Shown here piece after piece: positions 1-12,593 of a stretch of 64,000 nt of DNA. Location: assembly GCA_019244185.1 (NCBI GenBank), contig JAFATB010000006.1:553614-617613 (forward strand), given 5' to 3'. Made by a program: the position numbers and the translations under genes. The notes under the pieces were generated by a model, which saw nothing but the letters and a program-made list of their open reading frames with translations, was not told where the DNA came from and did no database searches. Each line of letters begins with the position of its first letter. Position 1 is the first letter of the stretch. This stretch comes from Acidobacteriota bacterium (GTDB lineage: Bacteria; Acidobacteriota; Thermoanaerobaculia; Gp7-AA8).

Positions 1-1656
1 CTCGATCTCGCGCTCGATCATGCGGATCGTCCACGCGAGGTACTCCATCGGCGAGACGATGAACCGCTTCGGCTGCAGCGCCGGCTTCTTCGACGCGATG
101 AGCTCCTGCACGCCGGCGACGCTGAAGCCGGTCAGCAAATTCATGAGCTGCGCCGCGTCCGCGCCAAACTCCGCGTCGCACGTGAAGAGATCGATGTCCG
201 TGTACAAACGTCCCGTGATGGCGTTGTAGTTGCCGGTCGACACGTGCAGATAGCGCCGCAGCGCGCGCCCTTCACGCCGCACGACGAGGCACAGCTTGCA
301 GTGCGTCTTGATGCCGACCAGGCCGTACACGACCTGCACGCCGGCCTGCTCGAGATGCCGCGCCCACGTGATGTTCTTCTTCTCGTCGAAGCGCGCCTGC
401 AGCTCCACGACCGCGGTGACTTCCTTGCCGCGCTCCGCCGCATTCGCGAGCGCCTCGACGATCGGTGAGCCGGGGTCGGTGCGGTAGAGCGTCTGCTTGA
501 TCGCCACCACGTCCGGATCCTCCGCCGCCGCCTGCACGAACTCCACGACCGCGGTGAACGAGTCGTACGGGCGGTGCAGCAGGATGTCGCCGCGGCGGAT
601 GATCGAGAAGATGTCTTCCGACGTCGCCAGCTCGGTCGGGATGCGCGGGTTGAACGGCGGCTCGAGCAGTGCGGGATCGGGATTCTCGCGATAGATCTGC
701 ATGAGATCGCGCAGCCGCAGCGGCCCGTTCGCGATGAACACGTCCTCGGCTTCGAGCCCAGTCGCCAACACGATGACGTTCGGCAGCGCTTCGAGCGAGT
801 CGCTCTCGACTTCCAGCCACACCACTTCGCGGCGCTCGCGGCGGCGCAGTTCCGTCTCGACCGACTTCAACAGATCCTGGACGTCGTCTTCCTTGATCGC
901 GAAATCGGAGTTGCGGATCACGCGGAACGGCACCGTGCGCCGCAGCCGCAATCCGGGGAAGAAGCGGATCGCGTGCGAGGCGATGACGTCCTCGATCGGC
1001 ACGTAACGGCGCGAGTCGCCGAGGCGCACGAAACGCGGGAGCGTCTCGGGGATGCGCAGGACGACGACGATCTGCGTGTCGCCGCGCTCCGATTCGAGGA
1101 CCAGCGCGAGGTTCAGCGCGAGGTTCGCGAGCAGCGGAAACGGATGACCGGGATCGATGGCCAGCGGCGTGAGGATCGGCTCGAGCTCGCGCCCGAAGTA
1201 CTCGCTCACGAACGCGAGATCTTTCTTGCCGAGTTCCGCGACGCGCTCGATACGGATGCCGGAGTTGCGCAGCTCGGGGAGGAGCTGCTCGTTGAGACAC
1301 GCGTACATGCGGCCGAGGAGATCGCGGCAGTGCGTGCGCACGGCGTCGAGACGTTCGGCCGGCGCAACCGTCTCGTGCCGCACGTCGGCGGCGATGAGGT
1401 CGCGGATCTCGCCGACGCGGATCATGAAGAACTCGTCGAGGTTCGACGCGGAGATGCTGAGGAACTTGAGGCGCTCGAGCAGCGGCACGGAGCTGCTCTT
1501 CGCTTCGGCGACGACGCGGCGGTTGAATTCGAGCCAGCTCAACTCGCGGTCGAACAGCGGCAGCGGCGGCGTGGGGGCGTTCTCGCGCGCGGCGCGCACC
1601 GCGTCCGCGGCCACTGCCGCAACGGCGGCTTTATTTCCTTCCGGCACAGCCGTCAT
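1..1656 (-). CDS. ppk1: Polyphosphate kinase 1 (3' end runs off window)
   Basis: Manual translation from ATG at 1656 gives LFDRELSWLEFNRRV, SNLDEFFMIRV, HPFP, HRPYDSF, IKQTLYRT, ARFDEKKNI, KTHCK and STGNYN; missing from the ORF track because it has no stop in the window. Confidence 0.95.
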   Translation of the reverse strand, partial: MTAVPEGNKAAVAAVAADAVRAARENAPTPPLPLFDRELSWLEFNRRVVAEAKSSSVPLLERLKFLSISASNLDEFFMIRVGEIRDLIAADVRHETVAPAERLDAVRTHCRDLLGRMYACLNEQLLPELRNSGIRIERVAELGKKDLAFVSEYFGRELEPILTPLAIDPGHPFPLLANLALNLALVLESERGDTQIVVVLRIPETLPRFVRLGDSRRYVPIEDVIASHAIRFFPGLRLRRTVPFRVIRNSDFAIKEDDVQDLLKSVETELRRRERREVVWLEVESDSLEALPNVIVLATGLEAEDVFIANGPLRLRDLMQIYRENPDPALLEPPFNPRIPTELATSEDIFSIIRRGDILLHRPYDSFTAVVEFVQAAAEDPDVVAIKQTLYRTDPGSPIVEALANAAERGKEVTAVVELQARFDEKKNITWARHLEQAGVQVVYGLVGIKTHCKLCLVVRREGRALRRYLHVSTGNYNAITGRLYTDIDLFTCDAEFGADAAQLMNLLTGFSVAGVQELIASKKPALQPKRFIVSPMEYLAWTIRMIEREIE

Positions 1657-1788
1657 CCCTCGCATTATGGCCCACGGCGCGTACAGCGCGTGTAAAGCGG
1701 ACCTGGAGCGCGTGTCATTTCGGAATGCATGCCGATCTTTCGGTTCCCTTAACGACCTTGCGCCGCGATTCGTGTTATCGGTGTACGG

Positions 1789-3276
1789 ATGACTTCGCGC
1801 CGCATGCTCGCAGGCATCGCGCCGTGGCTGCTCGCCCTCGGCGGCACGGCGCTCGTGACGGCCGCCGGCCGCGCGATGGACGTCAACGCGAACGCCGCCG
1901 GCTTCGCGTTCCTCATCGTCGTGCTCGTGGCTTCAGTCCGCGGCAGTCTCCTCGGCGGCATGGTCGCCTCGATCGCGGCGACGCTCTGCTACAACTACTT
2001 CTTCTTCCCGCCGCTCTACACGTTCACGATTCACGAGGCGGCGAACTGGGTCGCGCTCGCGGCGTTCCTCGTGACGTCGGTGACGGTGAGCCGGCTCGTC
2101 ATCGCCGCGCGCGTGCAGGCCGAGCGCGCCGAGCAACGGCGCAACGAGGTCGCGACGCTGTACGGCCTCAGCGTCGAGCTCTTCACGGCGACCAATCGCG
2201 TCGGCGCGCTCGGCGAAGCGGCCGGCCGCGCGCTCTCGCTCTTCGGCGCGCGCGAGGGCGGGCTCGTGCTGTTCGAAGGCACGCCGTACCGTCAGAACGT
2301 CATCTGGTGGCTCGGCGACAAACCGGACGAGATGGAAGACCTCATCGCCGGCGTGGGCCGTCATCAGGAGCCGCTCGAGTTTCCCTCGCCCCTCGGCCGC
2401 GACGTGCATCTTCCGCTGCTCGTCGGCGGCAAGACCGCCGGCGCGCTCGTCGCGCGCGGCACGGAAGCGTCGCTCCCCGCGCTCGTCTCCGCCGCGCGTC
2501 TCGTCGCACTCGCCGTCGAACGCGAGCGCTTCATCGAAGAGCACGCGCACATCGAGGCGCTGCGCGAGAGCGAAACGCTGAAAACCTCGCTCCTGCGCGC
2601 GATCTCGCACGACCTCACGACGCCGCTGACCGCGATCACGATTCAGACGGAGGGGCTGCGAAGGCGCGCGGCGAACGACGCGGAGCTGCGCGTGGCGGTG
2701 GCGGGGATCTCTGACGAGACCGCGCGCCTGCACCGCCGCATCGACAACCTCCTCGCGATGGCGCGCCTCGAAGCCGGCAAGTCGCGCCCGCGCCGCGAGC
2801 CGACGCCGCCCGCGGACCTCTTCCACGCCGTTCGCGAGAACCTGCCGCTCGTCTTTCAATCGCGTCCCGTGACGATCCGCGTCGACGATGACTGTCCCGA
2901 CGCGAACGTCGATCCCGCGCTCGCGCTGGAGATCCTCGTGAATCTCATCGAAAATGCACACCGCGTCTCGCCGCCCGACGCGCCGCTCGAGCTGACCGCG
3001 CGGACGCATCCGCTCGATCGCGCGATGGTGCGCATCGAGGTGCTCGACCGCGGCCCCGGCGTCCCCGCCGGACTCGCCGACGCGGACGGCAACCTCGTCG
3101 CCGGTGCCACGAGCGACGTCGCGCAACGCGGACTCGGACTCGAGATCGCCCGCAGCCTCGCCGCCGCGAATGGAGGCAGCATCGGCATCGCCCCGCGGGC
3201 GGGCGGAGGGGCGGTGGCGCGGCTGGACGTGCCGTCCGCGCCGCTGCCGGTGGTGGCGGAGGAAGAAGCGTCATGA
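1789..3276 (+). CDS. kdpD: Sensor histidine kinase, KdpD C-terminal half (DUF4118-type 4TM + HisKA + HATPase)
   Basis: TM block with YNYFFFPPLYTFTI; H-box ISHDLTTPLT; NLIENA, DRGPG, GLGLEI; overlaps kdpE. Confidence 0.85.
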   Translation: MTSRRMLAGIAPWLLALGGTALVTAAGRAMDVNANAAGFAFLIVVLVASVRGSLLGGMVASIAATLCYNYFFFPPLYTFTIHEAANWVALAAFLVTSVTVSRLVIAARVQAERAEQRRNEVATLYGLSVELFTATNRVGALGEAAGRALSLFGAREGGLVLFEGTPYRQNVIWWLGDKPDEMEDLIAGVGRHQEPLEFPSPLGRDVHLPLLVGGKTAGALVARGTEASLPALVSAARLVALAVERERFIEEHAHIEALRESETLKTSLLRAISHDLTTPLTAITIQTEGLRRRAANDAELRVAVAGISDETARLHRRIDNLLAMARLEAGKSRPRREPTPPADLFHAVRENLPLVFQSRPVTIRVDDDCPDANVDPALALEILVNLIENAHRVSPPDAPLELTARTHPLDRAMVRIEVLDRGPGVPAGLADADGNLVAGATSDVAQRGLGLEIARSLAAANGGSIGIAPRAGGGAVARLDVPSAPLPVVAEEEAS

Positions 3277-3959
3277 CTCTCGCGCCTCTCGTCCTCGTCG
3301 TCGACGACGACCCATCCATCCGCCAGTCGCTCCAGCGCGAGCTGCACGAGCGCGGCTACACGACCGTCGCGGGAAGCGACGGGCTCGAAGGCATTCGGGC
3401 GTTCGACACGCATGCGCCCGATCTCGTGCTCACCGATCTCTCCATGCCGCGCGCCGACGGCTTCGCGCTCATCAGCGCGATCCGCGCGAAGGCGCGCACG
3501 CCGGTCATCGTGCTCTCCGTGCGCGGCGAGGACGCGGACAAGATCCGCGCGCTCGATCTCGGCGCGGATGATTTCGTGACGAAGCCCTTCTCCGTCGCCG
3601 AATTGCTCGCACGCGTCCGCGCGCAGCTGCGACGCACCGCCGCCGCGGCGAAGACGCTCGCGTTCGACGGCCTCTCCATCGATTTGGAACGCCGTCGCGT
3701 CGTGCAGCACGAGCGCGAGATTCACCTCACGCCCACCGAGTACTCGCTGCTCGAGCTGCTGGCGACGAACGCGGGACGCCCGCTCTTCACCGACCACATC
3801 ATCGGCCGCATCTGGCACGACGCGCCCGGCACGACTGCCGACACGGTGCGCGTGCACATGAGCTCTCTGCGCAAGAAGATCGAGCCCGATCCGTCGTCGC
3901 CGCGCTACATCGTGACCGAGCCGTGGGTCGGCTACCGCTTCATCGCCGAGCCGGTGTAG
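3273..3959 (+). CDS. kdpE: OmpR-family response regulator KdpE
   Basis: VVDDD, DLSMP, GADDFVTKPF, LRKKIEPDPSSPRYIVTEPWVGYRF. Confidence 0.9.
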   Translation: MTLAPLVLVVDDDPSIRQSLQRELHERGYTTVAGSDGLEGIRAFDTHAPDLVLTDLSMPRADGFALISAIRAKARTPVIVLSVRGEDADKIRALDLGADDFVTKPFSVAELLARVRAQLRRTAAAAKTLAFDGLSIDLERRRVVQHEREIHLTPTEYSLLELLATNAGRPLFTDHIIGRIWHDAPGTTADTVRVHMSSLRKKIEPDPSSPRYIVTEPWVGYRFIAEPV

Positions 3960-4010
3960 GCGTCCCCACGCCTAGGCACGATCCGGCGAGAGCGCGGCCG
4001 GCATCGGACC

Positions 4011-4169
4011 TCATTCTCATTCTGCGTTCTGCGTTCTGCGTTCTTCCTTCGCTTTTCCTCGTACCGACACCTCCCATCCACGCGGCGGCGCGCGAGTGCG
4101 AGTCGAGGCTCAGTCGGCGCGCACGGGCCGGAATGAAGAACGCAGAACGCAGAATGAAGAATTGAGAAG
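4011..4169. repeat. Heptamer-based (TTCTGCG / CGCAGAA) inverted repeat element
   Basis: TTCTGCG tandem units on the left arm; gaatgaagaacgcagaacgcagaatgaagaattgag on the right; the same element occurs at about 47217-47318. Confidence 0.8.
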
Positions 4170-4247
4170 CCCGCCCTGAAGAGACGCCGCGCCTCGGTGC
4201 TCCTCCAATCCTTCATTCCCGCATGCACACCACGCGTTCGGGTCTTT

Positions 4248-4520
4248 TCAATAGTGATAACGCGCCTGGAGAAAGTCGATGCGATCGTTTGTGACGAGAT
4301 ACACGATGCGGTGCTCCTGCGTCAGCCGTCGCGACCATGTGCCCGACGCGAGGTACTTCAGTGGTTCCGGTTTGCCGATGCCGGTGAAAGGCTCGCGAAG
4401 AACGGCCTCGACGATTTCCAGAGCGCGCAACGCCACTCTGCGGTCGGTCTCGACCCAATAGCGGAGGTCCTCGCGGAACTCGGACTGGAACACCGCCACG
4501 CGAGTGCGCTTCGCCGCCAC
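4248..4520 (-). CDS. yoeB: Txe/YoeB family toxin
   Basis: PFTGIGKPEPLKY, WSRRLTQEHRIVY, C-terminal ARYHY. Confidence 0.93.
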   Translation of the reverse strand: MAAKRTRVAVFQSEFREDLRYWVETDRRVALRALEIVEAVLREPFTGIGKPEPLKYLASGTWSRRLTQEHRIVYLVTNDRIDFLQARYHY

Positions 4521-4523
4521 CGG

Positions 4524-4811
4524 TTACTCTGCAGCGTCAAGACCCAAGTCTGCGCGGAGCTTCTCGAGAGCGTCGGCCCGCCCCCCTCCGGCCTGGGCAC
4601 GGCGAAGGGCCGCGAGAAGCCGTTGGGCATTCCTGGGAGATCTGAGGAGATGGGCGGTCTCGATCAATCCGCGCAGCTCGTCAGCCGCGATGAGCGCCAC
4701 GTCTGCGCCTTCGCGACGATGAATGATGACCTGCTCGCGGTTCTCCGCGACCTCGTCAAGCAGTGTCTTCAGGTTCGCTCGCGCTTGGGTGTAAGTGGTT
4801 TCGATCGCCAT
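4524..4811 (-). CDS. yefM: Phd/YefM family antitoxin
   Basis: MAIETTYTQARANLKTLLDEV and ETAHLLRSPRNAQRL; directly upstream of yoeB; start chosen at ATG 4811. Confidence 0.92.
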   Translation of the reverse strand: MAIETTYTQARANLKTLLDEVAENREQVIIHRREGADVALIAADELRGLIETAHLLRSPRNAQRLLAALRRAQAGGGRADALEKLRADLGLDAAE

Positions 4812-4920
4812 GTCGATTCTCTCGCTCACCTGTACAGGCGGACTGTACGCCATATTCCGGTTGCACACAATTGGAGGTCGCCACGTTGTCCGCTTGACAT
4901 GCGCATTCACACCACGCATT

Positions 4921-5298
4921 CGGCTTCACGCGACGCATTCCGGCTTTTACGCGTCCAATTCCCGGATTCATCCGACGCGTTCTGGTTTTCGCGCGTCCAA
5001 TTCCCGGATTCACGCGACGCGTTCTGGTTTTCATGCGACCGATTCCGACTTTCACGCGTCGCGTTCTGGCTTTCACGCGTCCAATTCCCGGATTCACGCG
5101 ACGCGTTCTGGTTTTCACGCGACGCGTTCTGGTTTTCACGCGACCGATTCCGGCTTTCATGCGTCGCGTTCTGGTTTTCATGCGTCGCGTTCTGGCTTTC
5201 ACGCGTCGCGTTCTGGCTTTCACGCGACCGGTTCTGGTTTTCATGCGACTGATTCCGGCTTTCATGCGTCGCGTTCTGGCTTTCACGCGACCGATTCC
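4921..5298. repeat. 21-bp degenerate tandem repeat, about 18 copies
   Basis: Units resembling TGGYTTTCAYGCGWCGCGTTC, with variants ending CCAATTC or CCGATTC; no unique spacers. Confidence 0.92.
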
Positions 5299-5525
5299 CG
5301 CCTCGCCGCCCCCGCGTGACAGGAGGATGCGGCCTCGGCCCGGCCGCGCTCAGCTGCGCGGCGCCACGCGATGAGAAGTCCATGCATGGCAGCGATGTGA
5401 CGGCGCCGTGTCAGCTGCAGCCCGGCGCCGCTTCGCATCTTCACGATTTCTTCCGAAACCATTTCGCGTTTCCGCGCGCGATCCTTCGCATTCCTTAGCG
5501 ACCGCGCGGCGACGCCGCTGTTGCG

Positions 5526-5963
5526 ATGAGTCAGGAGGCCGCCATGACGACCCTGACTCACGCACCGGTACCGTTCGCGGACGTCCGCCATCACCCGCTC
5601 ACGACCGCCGGGCTCGTGCTGCTCTTCTGGCTTTTCGCGGCGATGCTCGCCGCGACGTGTCATCGCCTGCTCGACGCGCGCTCGCTCTCCGGCAGCGCCG
5701 TCGCGACGATCTTCGCGGTGGCCGGCGTCGCGTACGCGTACACGCGACTCTGCGCGCGCTGCGCCGGCATCGCGCACGCGCTCGGCGTCGGCAGCGCGTG
5801 GCTCGTGCTGGCCATCGCCGCCGAGCTCGCGATCACGAGCCGCACCGGCCACGGCTGGTACGCGCTCCTCGGCACGCCCGCGCATCCACTGCTGCGCAAC
5901 GTCTTTCTCTTCTTATGGGTCTTCGCGCCGGCGCTGTTCGCGGGACGGGAGCGCGACGCATGA
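5526..5963 (+). CDS. Hypothetical membrane protein (about 4 TM), first gene of kdp operon
   Basis: Hydrophobic ORF; AGGAGG precedes the second ATG; ATGA overlap with the porin gene. Confidence 0.65.
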   Translation: MSQEAAMTTLTHAPVPFADVRHHPLTTAGLVLLFWLFAAMLAATCHRLLDARSLSGSAVATIFAVAGVAYAYTRLCARCAGIAHALGVGSAWLVLAIAAELAITSRTGHGWYALLGTPAHPLLRNVFLFLWVFAPALFAGRERDA

Positions 5964-6988
5964 AACGTCTCGCCTTTCTGCTGTTCGCGTGCTGCGCCGC
6001 GTTGCGAGCGCACGCCGAAGACGCGCCCACGTTCTCCGGATTCGTCGACGTCGCGGCGGTCTACAACGCCAACGCGCCGGCGAGTCACGAGAACTTCATC
6101 CCCGGCACCGGGACTTCGGCGAAGCGGGCGAACGAGCTCGCGCTCAACCTCGCCGAACTGCAGTGGACGCGCGCGGTGAGCGCCGAGCAGCCGGTCGGCT
6201 TCACGCTCTCGGTCGTCGCCGGCGACGGGGAAACCGTCGTGCACGGCAGCGACTCGCTGCGCTACGTCTACCAGGCGTCGGTCGCATACCGGCTGCCGGA
6301 CGGCGTCGTGCTCGAAGCGGGCGTCTATCCGTCGCACATCGGCTTCGAGAGCCTCTTCTCGAAAGACAACTGGAACTACACGCGCTCGTGGCTCGGCGAG
6401 CTCTCGCCGTATTACCAGACCGGAATCAAAGCGAGCTACGCGTTCAACGCGCACTGGTCGGCGCAGCTGCACGTGCTCAACGGCTGGCAGCTCGTGCACG
6501 ACAACAACGACGCGCGCGCGTTCGGGACGCAGCTCGCGTACACGAGCGACCGCCTGACCGCGTCGCTGAACACGTTCATCGGTCCCGAGCTCGCGGATGA
6601 CAACAAATCACTGCGCACGCTCGGGGACGTCGTCGCCATCTATCGACTGACACCGCGACTCCAACTCGGCGGCTCGTACGACCGCGGCTCGCAGCAGCTG
6701 CCTGAGACGCGGGCCGCGCGCTGGCGAGGGCTCGCCATGTATGCGCGCTACACGCTGAATGCGCGTCACGCATTCGCACTGCGCGCGGAGCAATTCCGCG
6801 ACGACGAAGGCGCGATCAGCGGAACGGGACAGACGCTGCGCGAAGCGACGCTGACGTGGGAAATGCGTCCACGCGACGCGCTCGTGCTCAAGCTCGAAAC
6901 GCGCTACGACGATTCGAACACGCGCGTCTTCGCCGAGGACGCACGTGGCCGGTTCCTCGCGCTCATCGGCGCGGTGGTGACCTTCTGA
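5960..6988 (+). CDS. Outer-membrane beta-barrel porin (DUF1597-like), kdp-associated
   Basis: Signal peptide MKRLAFLLF; SHIGFES...NWNYTRS...PYYQTG; C-terminal Phe. Confidence 0.8.
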   Translation: MKRLAFLLFACCAALRAHAEDAPTFSGFVDVAAVYNANAPASHENFIPGTGTSAKRANELALNLAELQWTRAVSAEQPVGFTLSVVAGDGETVVHGSDSLRYVYQASVAYRLPDGVVLEAGVYPSHIGFESLFSKDNWNYTRSWLGELSPYYQTGIKASYAFNAHWSAQLHVLNGWQLVHDNNDARAFGTQLAYTSDRLTASLNTFIGPELADDNKSLRTLGDVVAIYRLTPRLQLGGSYDRGSQQLPETRAARWRGLAMYARYTLNARHAFALRAEQFRDDEGAISGTGQTLREATLTWEMRPRDALVLKLETRYDDSNTRVFAEDARGRFLALIGAVVTF

Positions 6989-7071
6989 TGCTCGACCTTC
7001 TCTTTCTCGCGCTGACCCTCGCGCTCTTCGCCGTCGCCGCGGCGTACGTGCGCGCCTGTGAACACCTATGA
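6988..7071 (+). CDS. Small hydrophobic peptide (27 aa) upstream of kdpF
   Basis: [27 protein letters not shown]; TGATG-coupled to the porin and ATGA-coupled to kdpF. Confidence 0.75.
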   Translation: MLDLLFLALTLALFAVAAAYVRACEHL

Positions 7072-7157
7072 ACTTCGAATCGCTCGCCGGACTCCTGCTC
7101 GCACTCGCCGCACTCGTCTATCTCCTCTTCGCGCTGCTGAAACCGGAGAAGCTGTGA
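7068..7157 (+). CDS. kdpF: K+-transporting ATPase subunit F (29 aa)
   Basis: [29 protein letters not shown], matching the YLxxALxxPE motif; TGATG-coupled to kdpA. Confidence 0.9.
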   Translation: MNFESLAGLLLALAALVYLLFALLKPEKL

Positions 7158-8838
7158 TGGCGTTCACCAAAGTCGCGCTCTTCTTCCTGCTCGTCGCGGT
7201 GACCACGAAGCCGATCGGTCTCTACATGCGCCGCGTCTTCTGCGGCGAACGGACGTTTCTCGACCCGCTCGCCGCGCCGCTCGAACGCCTCATCCATCGC
7301 CTGGCCGGCATCGACGCGAAACGCGAGCAGTCGTGGCAGGCGTACGCGCTGGCCATGCTCGCGTTCAGCATGATCGGCCTCGTGCTGACGTACGCGCTGC
7401 TGCGTCTGCAGCACGTCCTGCCGCTGAATCCCGATCACCTCGGCGCGGTCGGGCCCGACCTCGCGTGGAACACCGCGGTCTCGTTCACGACGAACACCGA
7501 CTGGCAGGCCTACGTGGGCGAGTCGACGATGTCGCAGCTCTCGCAGATGGCGGCGCTCGCGTTCCACAACTTCGCGTCCGCCGCGACCGGTATCGCCGTC
7601 GCCATCGCCGTCATCCGCGGCGTCGCGCGCCAGCGCGCCGCGACGCTCGGCAACTTCTGGGTCGATCTCGTTCGCGCGACGCTCTGGATCCTCCTGCCGC
7701 TGTCGCTCGTTGCCGCGATCGTGCTGCTCTCGCAGGGCGTCGTGCAGAACTTCGACACGAGCACGCGCGTGCGCACACTCGAAGGCGCGACGCAAGCGAT
7801 CGCGCAGGGACCGGTCGCGTCGCAGGAAGCGATCAAGGAGCTCGGCACGAACGGCGGCGGCTTCTTCAACGCGAACTCCGCGCATCCGTACGAGAACCCG
7901 ACGCCGTTCACGAATCTCTTCGAGATGTTTCTCATCCTCTGGATCGCGGCCGGGCTCACGTACACGCTCGGCTCGATGACCGGAAAGCCGCGCCACGGCT
8001 GGGCGGTCTTCGCCGCGATGTCGCTGCTGTTTCTCGCGATGACGTCGCTCGGCGTCGCGGCGGAAATCCGCGGCAATCCGCTGCATCACCTCGGCCCGAA
8101 TCTCGAAGGCAAGGAAACGCGCTTCGGCGCCGCCGACTCCGCGCTCTTCGCGTCCGTCACCACCGCCGCGTCGTGCGGCGCCGTGAACGCGATGCACGAC
8201 TCCTTCACGCCGCTCGGCGGCTTCGTTCCGCTGGCGAACATCCTCCTCGGCGAAGTGGTCTTCGGCGGCGCGGGCGCGGGCCTCTACGGCATCTTCGTCT
8301 TCATCATCCTCGCGGTCTTCATCGCCGGCCTCATGGTCGGCCGCACGCCGGAATACCTCGGCAAGAAGATCGAGGCGAAGGACGTGAAGCTGGCCATGCT
8401 CACGGTGCTGATCTTCGCCTTGTTCGTGCTCGCCGGCAGCGCGCTCGCGACCGCGACGAATGCCGGCCGATCGTCGATCAGCAACGCCGGACCGCACGGT
8501 CTCTCGCAGATGGCGTACGCGTACACGAGCGCCGCGGGCAACAACGGCAGCGCCTTCGCGGGGCTCAACGCGAACACGCGCTTCTACAACATCGGACTCG
8601 GACTGGCGATGTTCTTCGGCCGCTTCTTCATGATCATTCCGGTCCTCGGCATCGCCGGCTCGCTCGCGGCGAAGAAGCGCATCGCCGAATCGGCGGGAAC
8701 GTTTCCCGTCGACGGCGCGCTGTTCGCGATCCTCCTCGCCGGCGTCATCGTCATCGTCGGCGCGCTCACGTACTTCCCGATGCTCTCGCTCGGCCCCGTC
8801 GTCGAGCATTTCGTCATGCAGAGCGGAAAGGTGTTCGG

Positions 8839-8842
<4 letters not shown>
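7157..8842 (+). CDS. kdpA: K+-transporting ATPase subunit A
   Basis: [57 protein letters not shown]. Confidence 0.97.
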
Positions 8843-10835
<1,993 letters not shown>

Positions 10836-10839
<4 letters not shown>

Positions 10840-11414
10840 AAGAGCATCTCGTCATCGCCACGCGCACGACGCTCGTGCTGCTCGTGCTGGTCAGCGGCAT
10901 CTATCCCGCGATCGTGTGGGGAATCGGCCAGCTCGCGTTTCGCGACGCCGCGAACGGCTCGCTCATCGTGCGCGACGGCCGCGTCGTCGGCTCGTCGCTC
11001 ATCGCGCAGCCGTTCACGAGCGCGCGCTACTTTCATCCGCGACCATCCGCCGTCGATTACAACGCGCAGGGTTCCGGCGGAAGCAACCTCGGTCCGACGT
11101 CGCAGAAACTGCGCGACCGCATCGTCGCGGACGTGCGCGCACTGCAGACGACGACGCGCGCGACGAACATCCCGCCCGACGCCGTCACGACGTCCGCGTC
11201 CGGACTCGATCCGCACATCTCGCCCGAATACGCGCTGCTGCAAGTGCCGCGCGTCGCGCGTGCGCGGCATCTCGACGAAGCCAACCTCCGCGCGCTCGTG
11301 CGCGGTCACACCGAGGGACGCTTTCTCGGCGTGTACGGCGAGCCGCGCGTCAACGTGTTGCAGCTCAACCTCGCGCTCGACGCGCTGGTCTCCCGCGATG
11401 GCGCGCGCGAGTGA
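10836..11414 (+). CDS. kdpC: K+-transporting ATPase subunit C
   Basis: [43 protein letters not shown]. Confidence 0.96.
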
Positions 11415-12540
11415 GCCGCGCCGGCCCGACCCCGACGAGCTGCTGCGTCTCGCCGGCACGAGTCGCGATGGGCGCGGGCGCCTCGCCGTGTACCTCGGCA
11501 TGGCCGCGGGTGTCGGCAAGACCGTGCGCATGCTCGACGATGCGCACGCCGCGCGCCGCGCCGGCATCGACGTCGTGCTCGGCTTCGTCGAAACGCACGG
11601 CCGCATCGAGACCGCGCAACGCATCGGCGAGCTCGAACAGATCGCGCGCCGGACCGTCGTGCATCGCGGCGTGACCATCGACGAAATGGATGTCGACGCG
11701 ATCCTCGCGCGGCACGCCGATCTCGTCGTCGTCGACGAGCTGCCGCATACGAACGCGCCGGCGTCGCGCAACGAAAAGCGCTGGCAGGACGTCGAGGAGA
11801 TCCTCGCCAGCGGCGCGTCGGTGATGACCGCGCTCAACGTGCAGCATCTCGAAGGCGTGCAGGACGTCGTCCGCTCCGCCACCGGCATCGACATCCGCGA
11901 GCGCGTTCCGGATCGCATCCTTCGCGACGCGCACTCCGTCGTGCTCGTCGACATCCCGGTGCCGGAACTGCTCGAGCGACTGCGCGCGGGAAAGATCTAT
12001 CCGCCGGAGCAGGCCGCGCGCGCGCTCGGCAACTTCTTTCGCGCGGAGCTGCTCACGCGTTTGCGCGAGCTCGCGCTGCTGCAGACGGCGACGTTCAGCG
12101 GCGCCGCGCAGAACGGCGACGTCACGAGCGAAGTGCGGCTGGCGGTCGCGGTGCCGTTCGATCCCGAGATCGCGCGTCCGCTGCTCTTGCGCGCGTCGCG
12201 GATCGCGGGACGGATGAACACGCGCTGGTTCGCGCTGTACGTGCGGCAGGAGCGCGAACATCCGCGGAACATCACCGCCGAGGAGCATCGGAAGCTCAGC
12301 GAGAACGTGCAGCTCGCGATCGCGCTCGGCGCGACCGTCGTCACGCGCGAATCGGAAGACATCGCCGGCGCGATCTGCGCGTTCGCGGCGGAAGCGCGCA
12401 TCAACCTGCTCGTCGTCGGCAAGCCGACGCGCCCCGGCTTCTTCAGCCGCTTCGTGCCGAGCATCGTGCACAAGCTGCTCGACCGCGGCGGCGGCTTCGA
12501 TCTGGTGATCGTCGACACCGCCCGCGCCGAGCGACCTTAA
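11398..12540 (+). CDS. kdpD: KdpD N-terminal sensor domain + Usp domain (no TM or kinase)
   Basis: [46 protein letters not shown], followed by a Usp-like region. Confidence 0.9.
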   Translation: MARASEPRRPDPDELLRLAGTSRDGRGRLAVYLGMAAGVGKTVRMLDDAHAARRAGIDVVLGFVETHGRIETAQRIGELEQIARRTVVHRGVTIDEMDVDAILARHADLVVVDELPHTNAPASRNEKRWQDVEEILASGASVMTALNVQHLEGVQDVVRSATGIDIRERVPDRILRDAHSVVLVDIPVPELLERLRAGKIYPPEQAARALGNFFRAELLTRLRELALLQTATFSGAAQNGDVTSEVRLAVAVPFDPEIARPLLLRASRIAGRMNTRWFALYVRQEREHPRNITAEEHRKLSENVQLAIALGATVVTRESEDIAGAICAFAAEARINLLVVGKPTRPGFFSRFVPSIVHKLLDRGGGFDLVIVDTARAERP

Positions 12541-12553
12541 GAAACCATTAAGA
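12537..12553 (+). promoter_or_regulatory. Candidate KdpE/OmpR-type direct repeat TTAAGA-N5-TTAAGA
   Basis: 11-bp period AT-rich direct repeat just upstream of the APC permease. Confidence 0.45.
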
Positions 12554-12593
12554 TCCATCGTATCAACGACTTCCGGCGTTAGACTCGAAGTCG

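Noticed and set aside
272-1792. Long ORF-track entries here and similar Arg/Ala-rich ORFs across the window (e.g. 12746-15871, 42337-44937, 47359-50037)
   Set aside because: Shadow frames typical of high-GC DNA overlapping clearly recognisable genes
4921-5298. Possible CRISPR array
   Set aside because: Units are contiguous and degenerate with no unique spacers; no cas genes in the window
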